Shown here one piece after another: positions 13,231 through 24,104 of a stretch of DNA of 64,000 nt; the first letter of the stretch is position 1; each line of letters opens with the position of its first letter. The notes beneath the pieces are model-generated. The model was given only the letters and a program-made list of their open reading frames with translations. It ran no database searches and had not been told where the DNA came from. The stretch is from Squalus acanthias (Eukaryota). The stretch spans positions 4,774,001 to 4,838,000 of the forward strand of contig CM059432.1 of the NCBI GenBank assembly GCA_030390025.1, in the 5' to 3' direction. The position numbers were made by a program, and so were the translations under genes.

Positions 13231-13489
13231 CCTGCACAATCAAAGACTTTTACCTCACACCTTCTTATCAGACCATCGACAATGGCTAAGAACCTACGGA
13301 TTCCTATCACTCTGACCACCATACTGACAATGGCAAGTCGCCCTAAGCCCTCAATGTGGAAGTCCCATTAGCAAGATGACACACGCCACAACTGCAACAG
13401 TTTGCCATCAGAGTTTTTTTATGACAATAAGCAACTGATGGCTTTTCAAAATTCAACACAACATTACACCCAAGTGACTACCCTTGTGA

Positions 13490-15457
13490 CTACTTGTGCA
13501 TTATCTTCCTCTTACGCGTGCTCCTACGTGGTGCTTCCCCTGTGGCTTCAGCAGATGTGGAGGCCCCTTGCTCACTTTCTTTCTGCTCCTGTCTCGATAC
13601 CATTGGCGGCCATCCTCTGGGGTTGCAAACCTGTGAGGGCTCGGCAACAGTCTGCTGCTCCTGCGGCTGTGCAGGGGTTGAGACGCCGATCTCAGTTGGG
13701 TGGGGACTCTGGTGGGGCTCTGACCGAGGGCTCTGCATTGGCATGGTCGTGTGAGCGCTTGGAGAGGAGCCCCCACTTCCTTGTTGTATGCCACCAACAT
13801 CCCTCTCATGGGTCAGCCCCACTTCTGAGCTAGCAAGTGGCTGGACAGCACCTTGCTGCACTGCAGGGGGGCCACAAGGACGCGTTTCTGCACTGGAAGT
13901 CCTACTCCAGAGGACTTGCATGAAGGTCTGGTTTGTGTGCTCAATAGCTGACCATCGCTCCTCAAGAGATGTCAGTCTATTCTGAACAATTACCATGTTT
14001 TCCATACCCTGGTGACTAAGCTCTTCCATGGACGTAGCCATCCTCTCCTCTATGGTAGCCAGCCTTACCATGGAGGTAGCCATCCTTTCCAAGGAGGTTG
14101 CCATCCTTTCCGTGGTGATGCGTTCATGCGCCAACGCCTCCACAAAGGCTCTGCTCATGTTAGCGATGGACTCCTCCATTCGCTCCACACTCGCAGCGAC
14201 CCTGGAGACAAAACCTGCCAGAGACTCCTGCACCTGTTCCTGGAGTTCCAGCACCGCTCTCCTTCTGGATGGACCTGGAGGCATAGGGTCGACATGCACG
14301 GAGCCGAGCTGGTAGTGTCCTCTCCACTGCGACGAGGACTCTCCACTGCTGTCCCTGTCTCCATCATCTGCTGATGCTCACTTGTGAGCTGTGATACACC
14401 AGGTGACAACTCTACTCTATGTCCCGAAGGTCCCACCGAGGTGTGAGTGTCTGCGCTGGTGCTGGTGCTGGGTGCCCTGAATTCTGCTGAGGTTGCGCCC
14501 TCAGAGGTTGCAGCTTCCTCTGAAGAGTCTGGAAGCTCAGGTTGTTCCTCCTGGACAGTGGGGACGGGGGCACTCGATGGTCCTGTGGGGGAGTAAAGGA
14601 AAGAGTTAGAGATGTGAGGTAAAGGTTGCATGCACATTGAATAGTGCAGATGATCATAAGTCAATCTGTTAGAGCATCAGAATCATTATCAGTCACTCAT
14701 GCAATGTCAATGAGAGAGATGCCAAACTATTCTGTCACCAGCTTGCTGTGATGCGCCCGCCTGTCAGTCCCCCACTTGGGAATCCTCCTCGACACCGGCG
14801 ATTTCCAGGGCCGCCTCCTCCCAGGTAGTGAGCTGGGCTACTGAGGGTGGCCCTCCTCCTGTCCTCGCTCTTTCCCTCTTATTGTGGGCTCTCTTTTCCT
14901 GCAATGAGGGACACAAGTGGAGTTTGAGTGAGAATGAAGGAGTGAGTGTAGAGAATCCATAGCATAGATGCTTAGAAGGAGACAAAGGGCCCTCCCTGTG
15001 TGTTGTAAGTTGTTGTCATTGCGTCACAGTGATAGAGAGTGTGAGGGCTGCATGGTCGAATAGTTAAGTGAATGGGACCATAGAGAGAGAGGGAATGGGT
15101 AAGGGTGCAGGAATGTCAGTGTCAAGTGGTATGTGGAGAAAGAGGTTGGCAAAGCAGAGTGCTGGTGAGGAGAGGCGATGGGGATCAGATTGAGAGTGAT
15201 GAGAAAGTCATACTCACTTTTCCTGTGCGGAGAAGGTCATGAAACCTCTTCCTGCACTGCAGCCAGGTCCTGCGGCACATAGAGATGGCATTGACCTCCT
15301 GGGCCACTTGCAGCCACACAGCTTTAGTCTGCTGGGGTGGCTTTTTTCTCCCTGAGGAAGGGAAGAGCACCTCCTTATTAGATCTTGCTCCCTGCACCAG
15401 AGCTTGGAGGGAGGGCTCATCAAAGCGAGGCGCACACTTTTGCTTGCTGGTGGACAT
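13490..15457 (-). pseudogene. Harbinger Myb/SANT-like protein gene; exons 15457-15218, 14898-14739, 14582-13490
   Basis: GT-AG introns in compatible phases (0, 1); exon 1 is an intact 80-aa Myb/SANT-like domain; exon 2 EKRAHNKRERARTGGGP; TGA at 14766-14764; 1-nt deletion near 14299; C-terminal coiled-coil-like ERMATS repeats and basic RRSTRKRK; about 497 aa when repaired. Confidence 0.85.
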
Positions 15458-15962
15458 GGTCGGTAAATGAAGTCCTTCATACAATGTCCAAAGCGTTTCC
15501 AGTCTCCAGAAGAAGCAAAGCCGCTTGCAGGCCTTAAATCCAGCAGCACTGATGACATCATGGGAGGCGACTTTCTGTATGAAAAGACTCATTGGGCCAG
15601 GGGTTCCCACACGCTGGAAATCAAGTGCCCAATTAGGGGAAAATCCCACTTTTTTCCCACTTCACATCGGAGTCGGGGTCCTGACAGGAAAACCACCTGA
15701 CATGCCCCAGCCCGCCCCCAATGGCAAAATCGAGCCCACTAACTCTGTTTCTCTCTCCACAGATGCTGCCTGACCTGCTGAGTATTTCCAGCATTTTCTG
15801 TTTTTAATACAATCAAAAGTACTTCATTGGCTGTAAAGCGCTTTGGGACGTCCTGAGGTCGTGTCAGGTGCTATAGAAATGCAAGGTTTTTTCTTTCTTA
15901 AATCCCAGAATACTGGGATAAACAACTGTGCAAATGCAGTCAGTGGAGGCAATGCTATCCAA

Positions 15963-16096
15963 TAGCAAAATACCGCAGATGCTGGAAAACTGAAACAACA
16001 ACAGAAAGCGCTGGAAAAACTCAGTAGGCCAGGGCAACATCCGTGGAGAGAGAAACAGAGTTAACGTTTCAGGTCGAAGACCCTACGTCAGAACTG
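15963..16096. mobile_element. Penelope-like terminal fragment with a degenerate hammerhead motif
   Basis: Same arm as 12324-12457; minus strand agtt CUGACGU agggucuucgaccu GAAA cgUU aacu, with a core A changed to U. Confidence 0.65.
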
Positions 16097-16282
16097 AGAA
16101 AAAAAGCAGGAAATGAAACGGATGAGGTTGGGAGGCTGGGGGAGGGAATGAAAAAACAAAAGGGGAGGTCTGTGAGGAGTAGAGACATTAAGAGATGCTC
16201 AAGGCGAGACGAGATGGTAACAGGACAGGTTAAGAAACAAAAGATGGCTCAGAAGTGTGAAATGCGCTGGCAGAATGAAAGA

Positions 16283-16434
16283 CGCGGAGATGCCGGTGTT
16301 GGACTGGGGTGGACAAAAATGAGAAGTCGCACAACACCAGGTTATAGTCCAACAGTTTTATTTGAAATTACGAGCTTTCGGAGCGCTGCTCCTTCGTCAG
16401 GTGCAGGTACAGTGAGGGAATACAAATCGATTAC
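16283..16434 (-). mobile_element. Penelope-like terminal fragment (second family) with a hammerhead motif at 16367-16404
   Basis: ggagatgccggtgttggactggggtggacaaa...; minus strand gcac CUGACGA a ggagc agc gcucc GAAA gc UC guaa. Confidence 0.7.
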
Positions 16435-16537
16435 AAAGTATATATATCATGATGCGGAGATGCCGGTGTTGGACTGGGGTGGACAAAATTGAGAGGTCGC
16501 ACAACACCAGGTTATAGTCCAACAGCTTTATTTGAAA

Positions 16538-16580
16538 TCACAAGCTTTCGGAGCTATCGATTTGCTCCTTCCTCAGGTGA
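16538..16580 (-). ncRNA. Minimal type I hammerhead ribozyme motif
   Basis: Exact mirror of 16647-16689. Confidence 0.7.
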
Positions 16581-16646
16581 AGTAAATTAGATACAGAATC
16601 TCCAAAGCATATATATATGCTTTGGAGATTCTGTATCTAATTTACT

Positions 16647-16689
16647 TCACCTGAGGAAGGAGCAAATCGATAGCTCCGAAAGCTTGTGA
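16647..16689 (+). ncRNA. Minimal type I hammerhead ribozyme motif
   Basis: ucac CUGAGGA a ggagc aaaucgaua gcucc GAAA gc UU guga: stem I ucac/guga, stem II ggagc/gcucc, palindromic AAGCUU in place of stem III. Confidence 0.7.
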
Positions 16690-16707
16690 TTTCAAATAAA
16701 ACTGTTG

Positions 16708-17468
16708 GGGGGAAAAATTCAGCTGCTTGCGCCTCCCGTTAGCGCCTTAAGTGGGCGCTAATGGGGCGTAAAGCAGCTAACGCCCGGGCGCAGCGCCGCC
16801 CACGCCTCCCGAAAAATTTAGTGGGAGGTTAGCGGCGGCGGCAGCCGGTAGCGCCCTGTGGCGCTGCGCCGCCGGCGATGACGTCATCGCCGTGCGCAGC
16901 ACCCCGCTCACGCCCCGGCCGTGATCTTCAGTCGCGCCCCCTGATTTACCGCCAGACGCTATGTCCGACGGGTTCAGGGAGGCGTACGTGCGGCCGGGGC
17001 GGCGATATTTAAAGCGGAGGTGGCAGGCGGCCATTTTTGTTGCTGGCCGCCTGCCAGCACCTGCCCCCGGCCCCCGTGAAACCCCCCCACCGTGAAGTGC
17101 CGGCTGCGCTCCATGAGCCCGGCACTTCTCTTGAGTGCCGGGCTCTTTTGCCGGCACTCCCGATCCCTGGGGGCCCAGCTGGGCCCCGGTTCGCGCTGCG
17201 CAGGGTCCCTCCCCTTTAAGAAGGGGAGGAAGGCCTGCAATACCACGGCGCGACGTGCCGCAGCGCGTGGCGCTGCGGCACGTAGCGCCAGGATATTCAC
17301 TCGCAGCGCCCCAAGAGGGATGCGGGGTGCTTCCAGTTGCGCCCCGCTTCCCTCTTGGGGCGCAACCACTGAAGTTCCGGCGCGGGGCCGCTAATTTTTT
17401 CGGGGCGCTAAAAGTCGCGCCCCGGCGAGGTTAGCGCCCCAAATGGGGCGCGACTCAATTTTTACCCC
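16708..17468. mobile_element. GC/CpG-rich Harbinger-type MITE, family B
   Basis: TIRs gggggaaaaatt / aatttttacccc, TSD TTG; similar to 62082-62712 and to the ends of 18366-19261. Confidence 0.9.
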
Positions 17469-18070
17469 TTGGACTATAACCTGGTGTTGTGCGACCTCTC
17501 AAAAGTATATATAGACAGAGAACAATGTGTCCGTCAGGGAGGCATTACATCAAAGACATAGCAGAGTACAGCTAAGACAATGAGGTGGAGTCACAGGGGG
17601 TCCAACGTGTCAAATGCTGCAGTCTGCAGTTAAGCTTTTTACTTTTTTTTAAAAACTGGAAATCACATCTGTGAACCAGACAACGATGTCGAGTCACGTC
17701 CTGTAGCGTGACATGAAACCGAGATCCCAGAATGAAAGACAGCTGCCATGGGAGGCAATGCTATGTTGTATTCTGATTTGTGTGCCTTCAAGAATTGCCA
17801 AGCTGTCATCCCAGAAGTCCCACGTATTTCTTAAGATGAAGCAGTGCCTCATTTTGCATTTCTTCATACCAGCTTCAATTAAGCACTGTCTAAACCTTAA
17901 TTAAAAATGTGGGCGAACAGGAAATCCTCCTGTCATTGTCATTCGTGCTTTCTTTGTGTTGACTAAATCTGTTTTCATTGGAAGACAATCCATCATCTCT
18001 GCTGTCAAGATCACTTGAATTTGGTGACTCAGTCCTGCCATTTATTGTGGCTTCAAGTGGCTTTTGTTTG

Positions 18071-19435
18071 TGTCAGCCGTGGCTCAGTGGGTCGCACTCA
18101 CTCTCACCTCAGAAGGTTGTGGGTTCAAGTCCCACGCCAGGGACTCGAGCACAAAAATCTAGGCTGACACTCCCAATGCAGTGCTGAGTGAGCGCTGCAC
18201 TGTCGGAGGTGCCGTCTTTCAGATGAGACGTCAAACCGAGGCCCCGTCTGCTCTCTCAGGTGGACGTAAAAGATCCCAGGGCCACTATTTCGAAGAAGAG
18301 CAGGGGAGTTATCCCCGGTTTCCTGGCCAATATTTATCCCTCAATCAACATCACTAAAACAGATTGGGGTAAAAATTCACTTGGTTGCGCCTCCCGTTAG
18401 CGCCTTAAGAGGGCGCTAATGGGGCGCAAAGCTGCTAACGCCCGGGCGCAGCGATGTTTGCGCCGCTCGAGAACTTAACTTGAGATTGTGCGGCGGCGCT
18501 AAAACTTACCGCTGCGACCACCTGCGCACGCAGATTGTGACGTCATTCCATGGTGCAACGCCCTTGTGGCGCCCCGTAGCGGAAATTGAGTGGCGCCCCC
18601 TGCCTTACCGCCTGGCGCTTCCAACGACCGGAAGACTGGAACGCTATCAATCGCTGTGGGGCTGGGGGGGGGGGCGCTATTTAAAGGGGGCCTCTTCCTG
18701 TCTTTTATTGTTGGTGGCATTTTTGAACTACGCATTCTGAGAGAGAGAGGGAGAGACTTCTGGAGAGATTCAACGTTGTGTGAAGGAGTTTTGGGTACTG
18801 AGCAGCACTTTGCAGGTTCATTTTGATTTGCCATTCCTTGTATCGATTTAGCAGAGATTGTGGGAGCTGAACTCTGAGCTCTTTGCCTGGTACTCTCCAT
18901 TGTTCTTTCCAGCACATTTGATGTGCAAGTCTCTCCAGGCCGAGATTCAAGGCAGCAATGAACAGGATGTGGATGGAAAGCAAGATTAACCATCCCCTTT
19001 AAGAACTGGCCCGTGCCATTGTGTGTGTGTTCCATTGCTGACTGACATTACATGAGCTTCGCCAGCGCTCCGAGTTAGCGCCTCACTGCTCGGCCTTTGC
19101 GCCTTAAGAGAGGTGTGCAGCGCCTGCTTTAGCGCTCCACTCACCTCCCGGGGCGGTAAAAGTGAAGTTTCCTGTCAGTGCCGATAATTAGCGCCAGGCG
19201 CTAATATTTGCGTCCGGACGATATTTGCGCCCCAAATGGGGCGCGACCTAATTTCTACCCCATTATCTGGTCATTATCACATTGCTGTGGGATCTTGCTG
19301 TGTGCAAATTGGCTGCCGCGTTTCCCACATTACAACAGTGACCACACTTCAAAAAAGTACTTCATTGGCTGTGAAGCGCTTTGGGACGTCCTGCGGCTGT
19401 GGAAGGCGCTAGAGAAATGCAAGGCTTTGTTTTCT
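18071..19435 (+). mobile_element. SacSINE1-like Deu-SINE, split by a MITE
   Basis: tRNA-like head (tggctcagtgg, ggttcaagtcc), Deu-like core ggaggtgccgtctttcagatgagacg, L2-like tail. Confidence 0.85.
18366..19261. mobile_element. Harbinger-type MITE with family B termini
   Basis: TIRs ggggtaaaaatt / aatttctacccc; TSD ATT at 18363-18365 and 19262-19264; removal restores SINE aaaacagattatctgg. Confidence 0.9.
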
Positions 19436-19751
19436 TTTTAAAAACATCTAAACACCCGATAATTCAAAGTTGTTTTCGTTGCATGAAAAATAGGAATTAT
19501 CCAGCGATTCAAACTAACCAAGGAGATTGAGATAGTAATGTTAAAAAGAAACACAGGAATGTTTGAATTAACCGGTAATTTGAATGAACAGAGTTTGCAT
19601 TAAAAGGAGTGAAGAAAGAAAGAATTTGCATTTCTATAGCGCCTTTCACAACCTCCGGATGCCCCAAAGCGCTTCACAGCCCTTGAAGTATTTTTTTGAA
19701 GTGTCACTGTTGTAATGTAGGAAACGCGGCGGCCAATTTGCCACACAGCAA

Positions 19752-20225
19752 GATGCAGCGTTGGTTTATCAGACTGATACCCGAACTCCAAGGGTTAAGT
19801 TACGGGGAGAGATTACACAAACTAGGGTTGAATTCCCTGAAATTTAAAATCTAAAGGGGTGATTTGATCAAAGTTTTCAAGATATTAAGGGGGGCAGAGA
19901 GGGTAGATAGAGAGAAACTATTTCCTCTGGTTGGGGATTCTAGGACTCGGGGGCATAGTCTACAAATTAGAGCCAGACCTTTCAGGAGCGAAGTTAGGAA
20001 ACACTTCTACACACAGGGTGGTAGAAGTTTGGAACTCTCTTCCGCAAACGGCAACTGATGCTAGATCAATTGTTAATTTTAAATCTGAGATTGATAGATT
20101 TCTGTTAACCAAAGGTATTAAGGGATATGGGGCAAAGGCGGGTATATGGAGTTAGGTCGCAGATCAGCCATTGAATGGCGGAACAGGCTCGAGGGGCTGA
20201 ACGGCCTCCTCCTGTTCCTATGTCC
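19752..20225 (+). mobile_element. CR1 3' fragment
   Basis: VDREKLFPLVGDSRTRGHSL, VVEVWNSLP, 3' UTR. Confidence 0.9.
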
Positions 20226-21039
20226 CATGTTACTACAACCAGCAGTGCGACAAACAGCAATCCTAACATTATCAATGCATATATGTTCTTCAGTGCTTGC
20301 TTCTGAGCGAGGTTTGGTCCTGTTTCAGGAAGCACTTATTGAAATTCAGAATTATCCTGGCAGTGGCTTTTGTCTCATAGAATATTACAGTAACTTTTTA
20401 GTAATGCACCTTTATGCCGCTAGGTATTGCAAATAAAGGACTTCTTCCTCCTTCGTGTAGTTGAATGGTTTTCCCCTGTTTTTGTAATTATTTTACATTG
20501 TGCAAGCGACAGAGTAAATGACAAAATCCAACTAAAAGTATTAAGTTGCCTTTGAAGTAGTTCTATTGAGAAAGAAAGACTAGACTTGCATTCAAAAGCG
20601 CCTTTAACAACCTCAGGACATCCCAAAGCGCTTCGCAGCCAAGGAAGTACTTTTTCTAAGGGTAGTCACTGTTGTAGTGTAGGAAACGCGGCTGCCAATT
20701 TACGCACGGTGATAAATGTCTGTGGGTGGTGAAACGGGAAGTGTAGGCACCATCGACTTTGATTGTATAATTATTGGAATTAAAGTTTGTTATGAAGCTT
20801 GCATGACTTTAATGGAATGCAATCTACCAAAGATATGTTTAGCCTGATGTAATGGGTGCGATGCAACAAAAAACACACGACCTGGTTTGGCCCCTTTAAC
20901 TTGTGTAGATGTTCATTTATTAAGCTTTTGCTTGACGTAGAACAATAACAGTAGGAACAGGAGGAGGCCATTCAGCCCCTCGCGCCTGTGCCACCATTCA
21001 ATGAGATCATGGCTGAGCTGTATCTTAACATCATCTTAA

Positions 21040-22372
21040 ATTCTTAAGGGGCTTGACAGGGTAGATGCTGAGAGGCTGTTTCCCCTGGCGAGGGAGTCTA
21101 GAACTAGGCTTATATTCGCTAGAGTTTAGAAGAATGAGAGGGGATCTCATTGAAACTTATAAAATTCTAACAGGACTAGACAGACTAGACGCAGGGAGGA
21201 TGTTCCCGATGGCGGGGGAGTCCAGAACCAGGGGTCACAGTCTAAGGATAAGGGGTAAGCCATTTAGGACTGAGATAAGGAGGAATTTCTTCACCCAGAG
21301 AGTGGTGAACCTGTGGAATTCTCTACCACAGAAGGCAGTTGAGGCCAATTCATTAAATATATTCAAGAAGGAGTTAGATATATTTCTTAAGGCTAAAGGT
21401 ATCAAGGGATATGGGGAGAAAGCAGGGACAGGGTACTGAATTTGGATGATCAGCCATGATCTCATTAAATGGCGGAACAGGCTCGAGGGGCCGAATGGCC
21501 TACTCCTGCTCCTATCTTCTATGTTTCTATGTTTCTATGTTAACTAGGGGGTCACAGTCTCAATTAAATAGGTTAGTGAGGACCAGGGGTCACAAATTTA
21601 AGATGTAGAAGGCCAGATCTAGGTTAGTAAGTCATCCTCGGTTCCGAGGGACTGCCTAAGAAGAGAAGAGATGTCAGGAGGTGGTTCTTTTCCCAGAGAT
21701 TGGTGGACCTCTGGAACAGGATGCAGTCCCGTGCGGTGGACGCGGACTCGCTGAATTCCTTCAAGCGAGAGCTGGATTTGTTTCTGGCTGGGGCGGAGAT
21801 CACCTCTTACAGAAGGTAGGCACTGCAGGGAATTCAGGGCCAGAGTGATCTCCTGGACTAGTTTCGATCGCCTAGATGGGTCGGAGAGGAATTTCCCAGA
21901 TTTTTTTCCCAAATTGGCCTGGGGTTTTTTATCTGTTTTTTTGCCTCTCCCAGGAGATCACCTGGTTTCGGGCGGGGTGGGGAGTCTATATGTTGTGATA
22001 CACAAGGTATCGCAATTGTGTGGGACAGGCTGGATGGGCCAGAGGGTCTTTACCTATCCGTCATTGTTCGTATGTTCGTTTGTCTCAGGATAAGGGGTCA
22101 GCCATTTAGGACTGAGATGAGGAGAAGGTTCTTCACTCAGAGGGTGGTGAATCTTTGGAATTCTCTACCCCAGAGGGCTGTGGAGGCTCAGTCATTGAAT
22201 ATATTCAAGACAGAGATCGATAGATTTTAGGATACTAAGGAAACCAGGAGATATGGGGCTAGTGGGGGAAGGTGGAGTTGAGGTAGAAGATCAGCCATGA
22301 TCTTATTGAATGGCGGAGCAGGCTCGAGGGGCTGTATGGCCGACTCCTGCTCCTATTTTTTATGTTCTTTTG
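21040..22372 (+). mobile_element. Nest of CR1 3' fragments with a small RTE tail at about 21628-21670
   Basis: Outer CR1 interrupted by a CR1 at ~21108-21541 (flanking AACTAGG duplication) and another CR1-like 3' end at ~21565-22080. Confidence 0.8.
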
Positions 22373-22411
22373 TTCATCGACCCGCCTTGGTACCCTTAAT
22401 ACCGTTACCTC

Positions 22412-22606
22412 CCTAAACCTCTCCACCTCTCTCTCCTCTTTTAAGACGCTCCTTAAAACCTACCTCTTTGACCAAGCTTTTGTTCACCTGTCCTAAAATC
22501 TGCTTCTGTGTCTCAGTGTCAAATTTTGTTTGATGATCGCTCCTGTGAAGCACCTTGGGACTTTTTACTATGTTAAAGGCGCTATATAAATGCAAGTTGT
22601 CGTTGT
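22412..22606 (+). mobile_element. L2 LINE 3' tail
   Basis: cctaaacctctcc...aaaacctacctctttgaccaagc...aaaggcgctatataaatgcaagttg. Confidence 0.8.
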
Positions 22607-22844
22607 AACACTATAGCCCCTATTCGCCAACATTTTCATCCATTTAATGGCCCAGAATGTGCTGTAACCAGTCAACGAAGGGCGCCCGCCGTTAGTTAGA
22701 CTTGCCCCTTGCCCGTTTAATGTCGATGATATCTTGCGCTGCAAGTTGCTGGAAGTGGGAGGTGCAAACAGGGCATCTGGGATCTGAATGAAGAGAGGAG
22801 GTTTACCAGGATGGTATCAGGGTTGAGGGACTTCAGTTCTGTGG

Positions 22845-23103
22845 GGAGGAGAAGCATCCGGAAGGCGCCGAACACCTCGAGTCTCTTCGCCGGGAGCAAG
22901 CGGAAGCCAAGCGCAAACAGCGCAAGGAGCGTACGTCAACCCAAGCACCCCACCCACCCACTCGCCCCTTCAACCACCGTCTGCCCCACCTGTGACAGAG
23001 ACTGTCGGTCCGGCATTGGACTCATCAGTCACCCGAGAACTCATTTTTAGCGTGGAAGCAAGTCATCCTCGGTTCCGAGGGACTGCCTAAGAAGGAAGAA
23101 GAA
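22845..23103 (+). mobile_element. RTE 3' fragment inserted in a CR1 fragment
   Basis: TVCPTCDRDCRSGIGLISH and AAG tail; CR1 sequence on both sides. Confidence 0.88.
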
Positions 23104-24104
23104 GGCGAGATTGGAGAAGTTGGGATTGTTCTCCTTAGAGCAGAGAAGGTTAAGGGGAGATTTGATAGAGGCGTTCAAAATCATGAGGCGGTTTTGATAG
23201 AGCAAGTAGGGAGAAACTGTTTCCTCTGGCAGGTGGGTCGGTGACCAACGTGCAAGTGACAATACATGCAAGGGTAGATGGGGCCTCTGTTTAACGTCTC
23301 ATCCGAAAGACCGACAGTGCAGCGCTCCCTCAGTACTGGAGTGTCAGCCTAGATTTTGTCGGAAACACGGCAGCCAATTTGCGCACAGCAAGCTCCCACA
23401 AACAGCAACGTGACAATGAACAGATAATCTGTTTTAGAATCATAGAATGGTTACAGCACAGAAGGAGGCCATTCGGCCCGTCAAGCTCGTACTGGCTCTC
23501 TGCAAGAGCACTTCAGCTAGTCCCACTCCCCCGCCCTTTCCCTGTAGCCCAGCAAATTTTGTTTCTTCAGGTACTTATCCAATTGCCTTTTGAAAGCCAT
23601 GATTGAGTCTGCCTCCACCACCACTGTGAAGCTGTCAAACACTGACAATCTGTCTTCTAACTTGAGTCCTTCTACTCAGACTCAGTTAGAGAGCTCTCCA
23701 TCCAGAAAGCAGAGGCTGCAGCTTTTGACAGCTCAGCGGCCATTCTGCTTTCTGTGCCGGTGAGCTGAGGGACTCCCGAGAACTGAAGGGAGGAAGCCTG
23801 GAGGAGAAAGTAAAGGTAAGTAAAACTTATTAAAACACTTTACACACACCAAACACACTTACCTCTGCACTCATGCACCCATCACTCACCTGTACACCGG
23901 ACATCTCGACCCCTCCAAGCCCTGCAGACCGACGGTCCGCCTCGCTAACTTGGCGTGGTTTGGAGCCGTCGGGCAGCCCACACCTCAGGGCTAAAAATAG
24001 GGATTAGCCAAAAACTGCCTGTTAACTACCTGTTAACAGGCAGTTAATTGGTACTAATCCCCTTCCCGCCTCGGGGAGGCGGCTCCCAGCACAGGTCGAG
24101 TACC

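Larger units (their letters stand above)
12483..15737 (-). mobile_element. Non-autonomous PIF/Harbinger-type DNA transposon, copy 2 (inverted)
   Basis: Perfect 16-bp TIRs gggctcgattttgcca / tggcaaaatcgagccc; same organisation as copy 1. Confidence 0.9.
12324..15808. mobile_element. Short Penelope-like fold-back insertion, split by Harbinger copy 2
   Basis: Inverted arms aaaacagaaaatgctgg...gagagagaaacagagtt / aactctgtttctctctcc...ccagcattttctgtttt; 14-bp TSD ACAATCAAAAGTAC at 12310-12323 and 15809-15822. Confidence 0.75.
16527..16700. repeat. Perfect 174-bp palindrome (87-bp arms, no spacer)
   Basis: Checked base by base as reverse complement; centre is (AT)5. Confidence 0.97.
16447..17501. 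mobile_element. Penelope-like fold-back insertion nested in an older copy
   Basis: 12-bp TSD AAAGTATATATA at 16435-16446 and 17502-17513; inverted arms centred on 16613/16614; right arm split by a MITE. Confidence 0.8.

Noticed and set aside
13490..14299. 269-aa ORF as a standalone host gene
   Set aside because: It is the post-frameshift part of exon 3 of the transposon Myb gene
14764..14766. Selenocysteine or readthrough at the shared TGA
   Set aside because: No SECIS recognised, and downstream exon 3 is disabled in both copies
16777..17434. Overlapping GC-rich ORFs
   Set aside because: Result of stop-codon scarcity inside a TIR/TSD-bounded MITE
18071..18140. tRNA genes here and at 36093, 47385, 60097 and 63540
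   Set aside because: The A/B boxes are SINE heads followed by SINE bodies
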